In this document: piece by piece, positions 19,124-28,255 of the stretch
Position numbering within the stretch: position 1 is the first letter of the stretch
How the letters are laid out: each line of letters opens with the position of its first letter
Source: an uncultured Lachnospiraceae bacterium
Lineage (GTDB): Bacteria > Bacillota > Clostridia > Lachnospirales > Lachnospiraceae
Assembly: GCA_949484645.1 (NCBI GenBank)
Contig: CASYOT010000002.1
Span: 66,912 to 130,911, forward strand
Length of the DNA: 64,000 nt
Reading direction: 5' to 3'
Made by a program: the position numbers and the translations under genes
Notes under the pieces: model-generated
The model's database searches: none
The model's input: only the letters and a program-made list of their open reading frames with translations
What the model was told of the DNA's origin: nothing

Positions 19124-21517
19124 TTACTCACACCGAATCCTCTCGACAAGCGATTCTTTTTTTACATTTTTGCTTAACGTGGAAGCTAAGATTCCTTGAA
19201 GCGCCAGAATGCCAACGGTCAAAAAGCCAAGTTCTGGAAGCGGCAGATGATATTCAAACAAGCCGATTACTCCGTTTTCCCTGCACAGCAAAAACGCGTA
19301 ATATCCTAAAATATTGCCCAAAAGCATGGAAATAAACAAAGTTCCCACCGTAAAAACAAGCCCTTCTAACTGTAACATCTGGTTTAACTGTCTGTTGCTC
19401 ATGCCAATCGCCTGCATAATGCCAAATTCACGCTTCCGCGTCAGAATATTCGTAATCATCGTATTCGCCATATTCATAAATCCAATTACGCCCAATATGA
19501 TCAAAAACGTATAGCACCCGCTTTTCGTAAACGAAATCGCTAAATCCAGAAGTTTCGTCTTATTCTCCAACGTATTCAGAGAAATATGCTCCATGGTTCC
19601 GGTAATGTTTTCAAGCTCCTTTTTTACAGAAGCTTCGTCTTTTTCGTCACAGTCCACAAACAGAATGGAAGTCATATCTGTTTTGATCCCCAGTTTCCGG
19701 AAAGTGTCTTCCGTCATTGTAATCGTGGAATCATTCGAATGGCCGCAGCTTCCAAGAATCGGACCCGAAAAAGGAACCGTCTGATCACCGTCTGCAATCT
19801 CACATTCATAAGTGTCTCCAATCTGATATTCCTCATCTAAAAAGTGGTCATACATATAAATCACGCCATCTTTAGCGGCAGTGTTCCGATAATCCACTTC
19901 GCCCCGCTCGGCGTTTCGCGCAAGCCAGTCAAATTCTTCTTCCGTTACGACGGAAATTGCAGAATAAATGTTTACTCCTGTATTTTTATTTTTTTCATAG
20001 GCTTTTATCAGCTTTCTTGTCCGCACTTCCGTCACGCCCGGAATAGAACGCAGGCGGTTTAGAAAGGATTCGTCAAAAGGCGCTTGTTTTTGTATTTCAT
20101 TTAAGTTATTTTCCGGATAATCTTTATCGTCTAATTTTGCATCCAGTTCTATCCGGAACCGGCCATATTCAATATCCTCCCGCGCCTGCCGCTCTGCGCT
20201 CATATTGCCTGCGACATTGGCAATGACGACAAACAGAATACAGGAAAGTCCCATGGTTAAAATCGTCGTAATCGTCTGTTTTTTATGCAGTGTGAGGCTT
20301 GACAGGGTCAGGCTTTTCACAGTCACATTGGTTTTTCCTTTGCGTAACGTTTCTTTTTTATCCGTTTCAAATCGGATCGCTTCCACCGGAGAAGTTTTCG
20401 CCGCCATGCGCATAGGCTTTCGCATAGATAAATAAACTGTGCAGACAGTCAGCAGAATCACCAGAGCAGTCAGTGGCAATGAAAAAACAGTGGTTTCTAT
20501 TTTAAGGAAAGCGTTTAACCAAATTTTTAAAATAAGCAGTCCAAGTAAGATTCCCGCTGGCGCTGCGGCGGCGGATAGAATCAATCCTTCCGTCCGGATA
20601 ATGCTTTTTAACTGTTTTTGGTTTGCGCCAAGCGCTTTTAACCGTCCATATTCCCTTATTTTTTGGATAATCGACACGTGGAAGATATTGTAGATGACAA
20701 GCGCTGACATAAACATAATAATCAAAAGAATACATACGCTTGGCAGAATCACTTCCGTGTTTGGCTCTAAAGACCAAAACAGATAATCTTCATTTACGCT
20801 TACCTGACTTTTCTCTATGCCGATGCCTTCTGCAAGCTTTTTTATTTTTTCAGCCATTTCTGACGAATTTAACCGTTCGCCGTTTAAAACCTTAAATCCC
20901 ATAAAAGTAAGTCTGTCATCGGGATTCGGGATATAGCGGTCTAAAAAGGCTTTCGAAACATATGCGCTGTATTGTTTTGCGAGGTCATTTGAATCGGAAG
21001 AAGGAAGAAAACCGCTGATGGAAAATTCCTGTTCCAAAATCGTCCCTTCCCCATTTATGCGGATAGGAACCGTAATAGAGTCGCCTAGCTTTGGATTTTT
21101 TAAACCATGTACCATAAAAAACTCTTTTTGGGCAATCAGCTCATTCTCCGCCTTCGGGTATTCCCCCGAATCAAGTGTAAAATGCGATAATTTCCGCATA
21201 CCGTCGTCCGTCCGGTAATAATTGATCCGATAGCCCTTGCAGACGCCCTCCGCCGCATATTGCTGGATGCCAGTATCATAAAACTGGGAATGAAGCATCA
21301 CGGCGTCCGCCTGTTCCGGAGAAAGCTGGCTGAATATGCCAAAATGCTCTCCATATGTTTCCCCTGCGCTGTCGATTTGCTGTTGAATTAACGCTTTACA
21401 GCCAAAAGAAATCACAGTCAGAAGAGTAGTCGTCAAAAAGATAGCGATTCCGGTCAAAAGGCTTCTCGTTTTTCCTGATTTCATGCTGCTAAGGGCAAGT
21501 TTAGTCGTCGTCTTCAT
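19124..21517 (-). CDS. ABC transporter permease, FtsX/MacB-like with two large extracytoplasmic domains
   Basis: 797 aa. Two FtsX-type four-helix modules, each preceded by a ~200-aa extracellular domain. Start is adjacent to the stop of the upstream ATPase gene. Confidence 0.8.
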   Translation of the reverse strand: MKTTTKLALSSMKSGKTRSLLTGIAIFLTTTLLTVISFGCKALIQQQIDSAGETYGEHFGIFSQLSPEQADAVMLHSQFYDTGIQQYAAEGVCKGYRINYYRTDDGMRKLSHFTLDSGEYPKAENELIAQKEFFMVHGLKNPKLGDSITVPIRINGEGTILEQEFSISGFLPSSDSNDLAKQYSAYVSKAFLDRYIPNPDDRLTFMGFKVLNGERLNSSEMAEKIKKLAEGIGIEKSQVSVNEDYLFWSLEPNTEVILPSVCILLIIMFMSALVIYNIFHVSIIQKIREYGRLKALGANQKQLKSIIRTEGLILSAAAAPAGILLGLLILKIWLNAFLKIETTVFSLPLTALVILLTVCTVYLSMRKPMRMAAKTSPVEAIRFETDKKETLRKGKTNVTVKSLTLSSLTLHKKQTITTILTMGLSCILFVVIANVAGNMSAERQAREDIEYGRFRIELDAKLDDKDYPENNLNEIQKQAPFDESFLNRLRSIPGVTEVRTRKLIKAYEKNKNTGVNIYSAISVVTEEEFDWLARNAERGEVDYRNTAAKDGVIYMYDHFLDEEYQIGDTYECEIADGDQTVPFSGPILGSCGHSNDSTITMTEDTFRKLGIKTDMTSILFVDCDEKDEASVKKELENITGTMEHISLNTLENKTKLLDLAISFTKSGCYTFLIILGVIGFMNMANTMITNILTRKREFGIMQAIGMSNRQLNQMLQLEGLVFTVGTLFISMLLGNILGYYAFLLCRENGVIGLFEYHLPLPELGFLTVGILALQGILASTLSKNVKKESLVERIRCE

Positions 21518-22204
21518 TTAAAACGCCTCCCTTTCATTTTCTGCCACAACGCCGTCTTCAATGATTAAAATCCGATCCGCCATCTGCGCCAGTTCTTCAT
21601 CATGGGTAATCATAATTAAAGTCTGCCCATACTTTTTGACAGAAACTTTTAAAAGATTCATCACTTCCATGCTGGTTTTGCTGTCAAGATTTCCGGTCGG
21701 TTCATCTGCGAGGATAATGTCCGGCTTTGCGGCAAGCGCGCGCGCAATCGCCACACGTTGCTGCTGGCCTCCGGAAAGGGTGTTCGGCATACTGTTGCGT
21801 TTTTCCGTTAAGCCCAGCGCGCATATAATATCCTCAATAAAAGCAACGTCCGCCTTTTTATGATCCAGCCCAATCGGCAAGACAATATTTTCCCAGACAT
21901 TAATCGAAGTCACAAGGTTAAACGATTGGAATACAAATCCAATTTTGCGTCTGCGGAATGCAGAAAGTTCATTTTCCTTCATAGAAAAAATAGACTGCGT
22001 CCCGATGATGACTTCCCCGCAGGTTGGATAATCCAGCCCGCCCAAAAGATGGAGCAGCGTAGACTTCCCAGAACCGGATTTCCCAACGATTGCGGCAAAC
22101 TCACCTTTTTCAACCGAAATATTCGTGTGGTTGACAGCTTTTACCTCATTATCGCCTTTGCCATAGTATTTGCATAAGTCTTTCGTCTGTAAAATTGTAT
22201 TCAT
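21518..22204 (-). CDS. ABC transporter ATP-binding protein (MacB/LolD-like)
   Basis: Walker A GKSGSGKST, signature LSGGQQQRVAIARAL, Walker B ILADEPTGNLD. Length 228 aa. Confidence 0.9.
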   Translation of the reverse strand: MNTILQTKDLCKYYGKGDNEVKAVNHTNISVEKGEFAAIVGKSGSGKSTLLHLLGGLDYPTCGEVIIGTQSIFSMKENELSAFRRRKIGFVFQSFNLVTSINVWENIVLPIGLDHKKADVAFIEDIICALGLTEKRNSMPNTLSGGQQQRVAIARALAAKPDIILADEPTGNLDSKTSMEVMNLLKVSVKKYGQTLIMITHDEELAQMADRILIIEDGVVAENEREAF

Positions 22205-22283
22205 AAAAAACCTCCTGTGTTTTGCTTGATGGAATTAGTATAACGCCGTTTTCTTTCCGTTCGCTTACAAAAAAGAAAAAAAG

Positions 22284-22301
22284 TCTTACAGATTTGTAAG
22301 A
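22284..22301. promoter_or_regulatory. Imperfect palindrome TCTTACAGATTTGTAAGA in the ABC-transporter promoter region; a second CTTACA half-site lies 21 bp upstream. Candidate response-regulator binding site.
   Basis: Located ~80 bp upstream of the ABC ATPase start, in a divergent intergenic region. Confidence 0.3.
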
Positions 22302-22397
22302 AAAGAAAAAAGTTTTCTTCTCCTTGATTTTTCTATCCAAACAAGACATAATAAAAACAGCCCCAAACGAAAAAAACAGAAAACATGGAGGAAAACA

Positions 22398-22748
22398 ATG
22401 ACATTTATCGAATATGCAAAATGCAGCACATGTAAAAAAGCAAAAAACTGGCTGGACGAAAACGGGATTTCATATGAAACGCGTCCAATCAGAGAAGAAA
22501 ACCCAACTGCGGAAGAATTAAAAGAATGGCAGAAAAAAAGCAAGCTTCCACTCAAGCGTTTTTTCAATACAAGCGGAAACCTCTATAAAGAACTGAAATT
22601 AAAAGACAAACTAAAAGAAATGAGCGAGGAGGAGCAGTTTGAGCTTTTAGCGACAGACGGAATGCTAGTCAAACGCCCGCTCCTCATTTCCGAGACGTCA
22701 GTTCTCGTCGGATTTAAAGAAACCGAATGGGAGGAGCTACTTCGGTAA
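22398..22748 (+). CDS. ArsC/Spx-family thioredoxin-fold protein (YffB-like)
   Basis: 116 aa. N-terminal CSTC redox motif in an ArsC-like fold (IEYAKCSTCKKAKNWLDENGISYE). Confidence 0.7.
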   Translation: MTFIEYAKCSTCKKAKNWLDENGISYETRPIREENPTAEELKEWQKKSKLPLKRFFNTSGNLYKELKLKDKLKEMSEEEQFELLATDGMLVKRPLLISETSVLVGFKETEWEELLR

Positions 22749-23969
22749 CTGTATCGAAAAAATACAGCCCCGTTTCCCGCTAGGCTTCGACCGGACAAAA
22801 ACAGCGCCGCTTTGCCTTTCCATAATTTCTCTGGCAAGATAAAGCCCGATGCCGGACCCTTCCACCATAGAAACCGCTTTCCCGCGGTAAAACCGTTTAA
22901 AAATTTTATGATACTCCGATTTTGGAATCCCGATTCCTTCGTCCTCAACGTCGATCCGGACAAAATTCGTCAGGCATTCCACATGAATGCAGATCTTCGT
23001 GTCTGCGCCGCTATATTTAATCGCATTGTCAATAAGATTAACAAGCGTTTCCGTCGTCCACTTCCTATCCTGTCTTACAATAACAGGATATTTCGGCGAA
23101 TCCTCAGACATTTCAATCAAAATGCCCTTTGCCGCCGCCTTCCCGTACAGCCTGTTGACGGCGTCCAAAATAGTTTCATTCAGATCACAAGGCTCCATAT
23201 GAAGCTCGATCATGCCTTTTTCCATACGGGAAACATTAACAAGCGCCTTCGTCAGATTTTCAAGCCCATTCAGTTGATATAGGCAGTTTTCATAAAATTC
23301 GTCCTCCTCCTCTTGCGTAAGATCTTCTGATGCAAGCAATTCCATACTAGTTTTCAAAGCGGCGACAGGCGTTTTCAACTGATGGGAAATATCCGTCACA
23401 AGCGCCTTCGTTGTCTCCTTCTCCCGGATCAAACATTCCCGATCCGTCTGAATCTGTTCCCATAAAGAAAGAATGCGATCCTTCAAAACCTCGTCAAAAT
23501 GCGTAAACTCAAACTCCGGCCGGAGAGAATCCGTCGTTTGAAGCTTTCGGAACACAGATTCCAACTCCATAAAAATAACCGCATTCCCCTTTTCCCTCCG
23601 ACGCCAAATAGCGGCAAAAGCCGCAAACAGCGCCAAATCCAAACAAACAGACACAATCAGTACGCCACGCCTAGCCTCCGAAAACTTCCTATCCCAAACA
23701 GTGTCCGTTTCCAAATCATACCCATAAAAACCCATCAGACGTTCTCCCGACAAAAGCCAATCCGCATCCGGCGCCTCCTTCTGCCAGCGTAAAAGCCCGC
23801 TACCCGCTTCATTGCTACCCGCAATGCCCATAATCACCAGTTCCGTTTCCTGATAACTGCGTTTCAGCTCCCTCAAAACCCAAAAATCCAAAAACGCCGT
23901 AAACAAAACAAGCATAATGCCAAACAAAAACACAAAACTCACATTTTTTGCATGACTTCGCAATCCCAT
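22737..23969 (-). CDS. Sensor histidine kinase (two transmembrane segments, HisKA + HATPase_c)
   Basis: H-box ISHQLKTPVAAL, N-box LVNLIDNAIKYS, G-boxes DEGIGI / GSGIGL. Overlaps the end of the upstream response-regulator gene. Confidence 0.85.
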   Translation of the reverse strand: MGLRSHAKNVSFVFLFGIMLVLFTAFLDFWVLRELKRSYQETELVIMGIAGSNEAGSGLLRWQKEAPDADWLLSGERLMGFYGYDLETDTVWDRKFSEARRGVLIVSVCLDLALFAAFAAIWRRREKGNAVIFMELESVFRKLQTTDSLRPEFEFTHFDEVLKDRILSLWEQIQTDRECLIREKETTKALVTDISHQLKTPVAALKTSMELLASEDLTQEEEDEFYENCLYQLNGLENLTKALVNVSRMEKGMIELHMEPCDLNETILDAVNRLYGKAAAKGILIEMSEDSPKYPVIVRQDRKWTTETLVNLIDNAIKYSGADTKICIHVECLTNFVRIDVEDEGIGIPKSEYHKIFKRFYRGKAVSMVEGSGIGLYLAREIMERQSGAVFVRSKPSGKRGCIFSIQLPK

Positions 23970-24658
23970 ACATACCCCATTCCCCGGACATTCCGAATCA
24001 TCCGGTTATCATCACTATCCAAAATTTTCGCTCTCAGCCGCCGGATATTCACCGCAACTGTATTATCATCAACAAAATGCCCATCTGCATCAAAAATCTG
24101 TTCAAGAATCTGCGTTTTCGACAAAATCTGCCTAGGATAATTCAAAAACAACTGTAACAGCCGATACTCATTTTTCGTCAGCGTCACAGGCGCATGATCC
24201 ACCAAAAGCCGCATTTCATTTGGATAATAAGTCAGCTTCCCAGAAACAAAAACAGTCTGCCCGTTCCCCGCTCCAGAATCCGAATGCATATTCAAACGTT
24301 TAAACACCGAATGCACCTTCGACATCAACACAGCAAGGCTAAACGGTTTCGTCACATAATCATCTGCGCCCGTATCATAACCCATCACAATATCAACTTC
24401 CGAATCCATCGCAGTCAAAAAAATAAACCGCACATCATCATGCAAATCCTCACGTAAATACCTGCAAAACGAAATCCCGCTTCCGTCCGTTAAAGTAATA
24501 TCACATAACACAAGCCCAATTTCATGCGAACGAAACAACCGCTTACCCTCCGCCACCGAGCCACAAGAAAACACCCGATACCCTTCCTTTTCCAATTTAA
24601 AACAGATCCCCCTCCGCAAACTCTCCTCATCTTCCAACAACAAAATAGTATCCATCAA
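23939..24658 (-). CDS. OmpR-family response regulator
   Basis: Receiver domain (LLEDEE...LCDITLTDGSG...KPF) plus a winged-helix trans_reg_C domain. Length 239 aa. Confidence 0.9.
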   Translation of the reverse strand: MMDTILLLEDEESLRRGICFKLEKEGYRVFSCGSVAEGKRLFRSHEIGLVLCDITLTDGSGISFCRYLREDLHDDVRFIFLTAMDSEVDIVMGYDTGADDYVTKPFSLAVLMSKVHSVFKRLNMHSDSGAGNGQTVFVSGKLTYYPNEMRLLVDHAPVTLTKNEYRLLQLFLNYPRQILSKTQILEQIFDADGHFVDDNTVAVNIRRLRAKILDSDDNRMIRNVRGMGYVWDCEVMQKM

Positions 24659-24699
24659 AACCTCCTTTCAAAAGAATCCCATCATAAAAAAGCATTTAC

Positions 24700-24960
24700 A
24701 AACAGAAACAAAATAACCCGCCAAAAAAGAAACACATACTTACAGAATGCGCAAACCTCCCAAAACATATCAATTCCAGCCCAAATTCCAGCTTTAAAAA
24801 CAGCAAAAGCGAAACAAACCAATCAATGAAACCAACAAAAGCGAAACAAGGTAACAAAACAGCAAAAGTAAAACAAGTCAATATAGAACCCACAACACAC
24901 ACATAGTTATAACATAAAAAAACAAAGTACATTTTAGCCTGCGAATTAGCAGATAACATT
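24700..24960. repeat. A/C-rich (plus strand) low-complexity tract with ~3 degenerate direct repeats (cagcaaaagcgaaacaa)
   Basis: Strong strand compositional skew. Repeats aaacagcaaaagcgaaacaaacc / aaccaacaaaagcgaaacaagg / aaacagcaaaagtaaaacaagtc. Confidence 0.6.
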
Positions 24961-25043
24961 CACAGCCAACCGTATAGCCATACACCCTTAAGCGCCACCG
25001 ATATAATATAAAAAAGTAAATTCAGCCAAAGCGCCGCAAAAAA

Positions 25044-25252
25044 GCCGTCTATGCTAGCGGGGCATTGTGATGGGATTTAGGGATTCTTATGTGTTCCTGC
25101 AACATACAGCAATGCCCTGCCATGGACGGCAGGGCAAACTGCAGCCACGCCATGGAAGGCGTGTCTGCAGTGGTTGCGTCCGAAACCAAAAAGCAGAAGG
25201 AACACATTAGAACCCCTTAATCCCAGAACACAGCCCCGCTAGCATAGACGGC
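25044..25252. repeat. Large imperfect palindromic intergenic element, family copy 3 (inverted orientation relative to copy 1)
   Basis: Termini gccgtctatgctagcggggc / gccccgctagcatagacggc. Shares the 17-mer ttgtgatgggatttagg with copy 1 (reverse complement) and the ccatggacggc core. Flanked by A6 and T6 runs. Confidence 0.8.
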
Positions 25253-25317
25253 TCTTTTTTGCGTATTTTGCCACCCCAAAATCCTACCACATTTTTTATA
25301 TTAATTCAAATTAGCAG

Positions 25318-25346
25318 TTGACATTTATTTCCTACTGTATTATACT
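25318..25346 (+). promoter_or_regulatory. Sigma-A-type promoter of the acpP-fab operon
   Basis: TTGACA-N17-TATACT, about 75 nt upstream of acpP. Confidence 0.55.
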
Positions 25347-25351
25347 TTGCC

Positions 25352-25374
25352 TGTCAAATAATTTGACAATCAAA
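25352..25374. promoter_or_regulatory. Overlapping palindromes TGTCAAATAATTTGACA and TTTGACAATCAAA; candidate FabT (MarR-type) operator
   Basis: Perfect 17-bp palindrome immediately downstream of the -10 element. The TTTGA-N3-TCAAA half-sites resemble streptococcal FabT boxes. Confidence 0.4.
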
Positions 25375-25420
25375 ACATTTGAACTTCAAATCAAAAATGT
25401 CTTAAAAAGGAGAATCAGTT

Positions 25421-25654
25421 ATGTTAGAGAAATTAAAAACAATCATTGCGGAGCAGTTAAGCATCAATGAGGAAGAAATCAGCGCAGAAAGTAATTTCAA
25501 AGATGATTTAGGAGCAGATTCCTTAGATTTATTTGAATTAGTCATGAGTTTAGAAGAAGAATATGGCGTTGAGATCCCGTCAGAAGATTTAGAAAAAATC
25601 GCTACAGTAAATGATGTTATGGAATATATGAAAGCTAAAGGCGTGGAAGATTAA
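25421..25654 (+). CDS. acpP: Acyl carrier protein
   Basis: 77 aa. [13 protein letters not shown] phosphopantetheine attachment-site motif. Confidence 0.95.
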   Translation: MLEKLKTIIAEQLSINEEEISAESNFKDDLGADSLDLFELVMSLEEEYGVEIPSEDLEKIATVNDVMEYMKAKGVED

Positions 25655-25655
25655 T

Positions 25656-26585
25656 ATGGGATTGAAAACTAAGATAACAGAATTGCTTGGAATAGAATAT
25701 CCAATTATACAAGGCGGCATGGCGTGGGTAGCTGAGTATCATCTGGCTTCGGCTGTTTCAGAAGCCGGAGGGCTTGGGATCATCGGGGCGGCCAGCGCGC
25801 CCGCGGAAGTTGTCAGGGAACAGATCCGCAAGGTAAGGGAGCGGACAGACCGGCCGTTTGGCGTAAATGTCATGCTGATGAACCCGAATGCCCCAGAGGT
25901 GGCTTCGGTTGTCGCAGAGGAAGGCGTAAAAGTTGTTACGACGGGAGCGGGGAATCCGGCTAAATTTATGGAATTATGGAAAAACGCTGGGATAACAGTA
26001 ATGCCTGTTGTAGCAAGCGTAGCGATGGCGCGTATGATGGAAAAAGCAGGCGCAGATGCGGTTGTGGCGGAAGGAACAGAGTCCGGCGGGCATATTGGAT
26101 CTGCGACGACAATGACATTAGTTCCCCAGATAGTGGATGCAGTAAATATTCCGGTTGTGGCAGCCGGAGGGATTGGAGACGGGAGAGGCGTTGCGGCTGC
26201 ATTTATGTTAGGTGCCGAGGCGGCGCAGATGGGCACGCGTTTTATCGTCGCAAAAGAATCTATTGTGCATGAAAATTATAAAGAAAAAGTAATTAAGGCA
26301 AAAGACATTGATTCAGAAGTGACCGGAAGAAGCACGGGACATCCGATTCGCGTTCTTAGGAATAAGATGACGCGGGAATACCTGAAAATGGAAGCGGACG
26401 GCGTGGGGCTTGATGAGTTGGAGCAGTTGACGTTAGGCTCTTTGCGGAAAGCCGTAATGGACGGCGATGTGGTCAATGGAAGCCTGATGGCAGGCCAGAT
26501 TGCAGGTTTGGTAGGAAAAGAGCAGACTTGCCGCGAAATGATAGAAGAAATTATAAAACAAGCAAAAGAGCTGCTTGGCAGATAG
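25656..26585 (+). CDS. fabK: Enoyl-[ACP] reductase II, FMN-dependent (FabK; nitronate monooxygenase fold)
   Basis: Strong match to S. pneumoniae FabK (ITELLGIEYPIIQGGMAWVA..AGGLGIIG; VKVVTTGAGNP). Position within the fab cluster. Confidence 0.9.
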   Translation: MGLKTKITELLGIEYPIIQGGMAWVAEYHLASAVSEAGGLGIIGAASAPAEVVREQIRKVRERTDRPFGVNVMLMNPNAPEVASVVAEEGVKVVTTGAGNPAKFMELWKNAGITVMPVVASVAMARMMEKAGADAVVAEGTESGGHIGSATTMTLVPQIVDAVNIPVVAAGGIGDGRGVAAAFMLGAEAAQMGTRFIVAKESIVHENYKEKVIKAKDIDSEVTGRSTGHPIRVLRNKMTREYLKMEADGVGLDELEQLTLGSLRKAVMDGDVVNGSLMAGQIAGLVGKEQTCREMIEEIIKQAKELLGR

Positions 26586-26603
26586 TGGGAGAGAGGAAAA
26601 GAA

Positions 26604-27518
26604 ATGGGTAAGCTGGTATTTATGTTCCCCGGTCAGGGTTCCCAGTATGTGGGAATGGGGAAAGAATTTTATGATTCGTTTCCGGTGTGCAGGGAAGTGT
26701 ATGAGTTGGCAAGTAAAGCTTCCGGTCTTGACGTTGCAAAACTTTGTTTTGAGGAAAATGAAAAAATCCATATCACAGAGTTCACGCAGATTGCCATGCT
26801 GGCAACGGAAGCGGCTTTGTTTGCCGCTTTAAAAGAAAAGGGAATTGCGCCAGACGTTACGGCGGGGCTTAGTCTGGGAGAGTATGGGGCATTGATAGCT
26901 TCCGGCGTAATGGAAATGGAAGATGCATTTTCGATTATTCGAAAAAGAGGAATTTTTATGCAAAACGCAGTTCCTTCCGGCGGGGCGATGAGCGCTGTGA
27001 TGGGATTAGAAGCCGCTCCGATTGAAGAAATCTGCCAAAAGACGGAAGGCATAGTGTCGATTGCAAATTATAACTGCCCGGGGCAAATTGTAATTACCGG
27101 AGAGCAGGCGGCTGTCGATGCGGCGGGCATGGCTTTAAAGGAAGCGGGCGCGAGAAGGATTGCGCCTTTAAAAGTAAGCGGGCCGTTCCATTCCCAGATG
27201 CTTTCCGGCGCTGGAGAGCAGCTTGCGCAGGCGCTTGAGGAAGTGCAAATTGCGGATACATTTCTTCCATATGTAGCAAATGTCACAGCGGATTATGTGA
27301 CGGAAGCGTCCGAGGTAAAACCGCTTTTGGCGAAACAAGTGGCGTCCAGCGTCCGCTGGCAGCAGACAATAGAGCGTTTAATTGCGGACGGGGCGGACAC
27401 GTTTGTGGAAATTGGGCCGGGTAAGACGCTTTCCGGCTTTATGCGGAAAATAAATCGGGAAATGACGGTTTACAATATTGATAAGCTGGAGGATTTTATT
27501 AAGTATGTTGACAGGTAA
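26604..27518 (+). CDS. fabD: Malonyl-CoA:ACP transacylase
   Basis: FMFPGQGSQYVGMG, active-site GLSLGEY, Q/H motifs. Length 304 aa. Confidence 0.9.
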   Translation: MGKLVFMFPGQGSQYVGMGKEFYDSFPVCREVYELASKASGLDVAKLCFEENEKIHITEFTQIAMLATEAALFAALKEKGIAPDVTAGLSLGEYGALIASGVMEMEDAFSIIRKRGIFMQNAVPSGGAMSAVMGLEAAPIEEICQKTEGIVSIANYNCPGQIVITGEQAAVDAAGMALKEAGARRIAPLKVSGPFHSQMLSGAGEQLAQALEEVQIADTFLPYVANVTADYVTEASEVKPLLAKQVASSVRWQQTIERLIADGADTFVEIGPGKTLSGFMRKINREMTVYNIDKLEDFIKYVDR

Positions 27519-28245
27519 AATCGCGTTAGTGACAGGGGCAAGCCGCGGAATCGGCGCGCAGATTGCAAAATCCCTTGCGGAATGCGGCGCGGCGGTAATT
27601 ATAAATTATAATGGTTCGGCGGATAAGGCGCAGGCGGTTGCAGATGAGATTTATTCGGCAGGCGGCAAGGCGGAGATTTATCCATGCAATGTGGCGGATT
27701 TTGCGGCGTGTGGCGAAATGATTCAGGCAATCGTCAAAAAGCATGGGCGTTTAGATATTCTGGTGAATAATGCTGGGATTACAAAAGACGGTCTTTTGAT
27801 GAAAATGTCGGAAGAAGAATTTGATCAGGTAATTTCGGTGAATTTAAAAGGCGCATTTCAGACGATACGCCATGCATCCCGTTATTTTTTAAAACAGAGA
27901 AGTGGGAAAATTATCAATATTTCTTCCGTTTCCGGCATTTTGGGAAATGCGGGGCAGGCAAATTATGCATCGAGCAAAGCTGGCATGATAGGTCTGACAA
28001 AAAGCGTGGCGAGAGAGCTTGCGTCACGGGGAATTACGGTCAATGCCATTGCGCCCGGCATGATTGCAACGGACATGACAGACGCTATGACGCAGGAAGC
28101 TAGGGAAAAAATGACGGAAGCAATCCCGCTTGGACGAATGGGGACGCCGGAAGACGTCGCAAACATGGCGGTATTTCTAGCTTCTCCGAAATCGGATTAT
28201 ATTACGGGGCAGGTGTTTGCAGTGGACGGCGGCATGGCGATATAA
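27505..28245 (+). CDS. fabG: 3-oxoacyl-[ACP] reductase
   Basis: Short-chain dehydrogenase/reductase TGASRGIG Rossmann motif, NNAG, catalytic Y-x3-K (YASSKAG). Start chosen at the MLTGKIALV ATG (27505), which overlaps the fabD end. Confidence 0.9.
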   Translation: MLTGKIALVTGASRGIGAQIAKSLAECGAAVIINYNGSADKAQAVADEIYSAGGKAEIYPCNVADFAACGEMIQAIVKKHGRLDILVNNAGITKDGLLMKMSEEEFDQVISVNLKGAFQTIRHASRYFLKQRSGKIINISSVSGILGNAGQANYASSKAGMIGLTKSVARELASRGITVNAIAPGMIATDMTDAMTQEAREKMTEAIPLGRMGTPEDVANMAVFLASPKSDYITGQVFAVDGGMAI

Positions 28246-28255
28246 GGAGGAAATC

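Noticed and set aside
24696-24959. 87-aa highly hydrophobic minus-strand ORF upstream of the response regulator
   Set aside because: Lies entirely within a G/T-skewed low-complexity tract. Composition (Phe/Cys/Leu/Val) is what random translation of that tract yields, and no Shine-Dalgarno sequence is evident.
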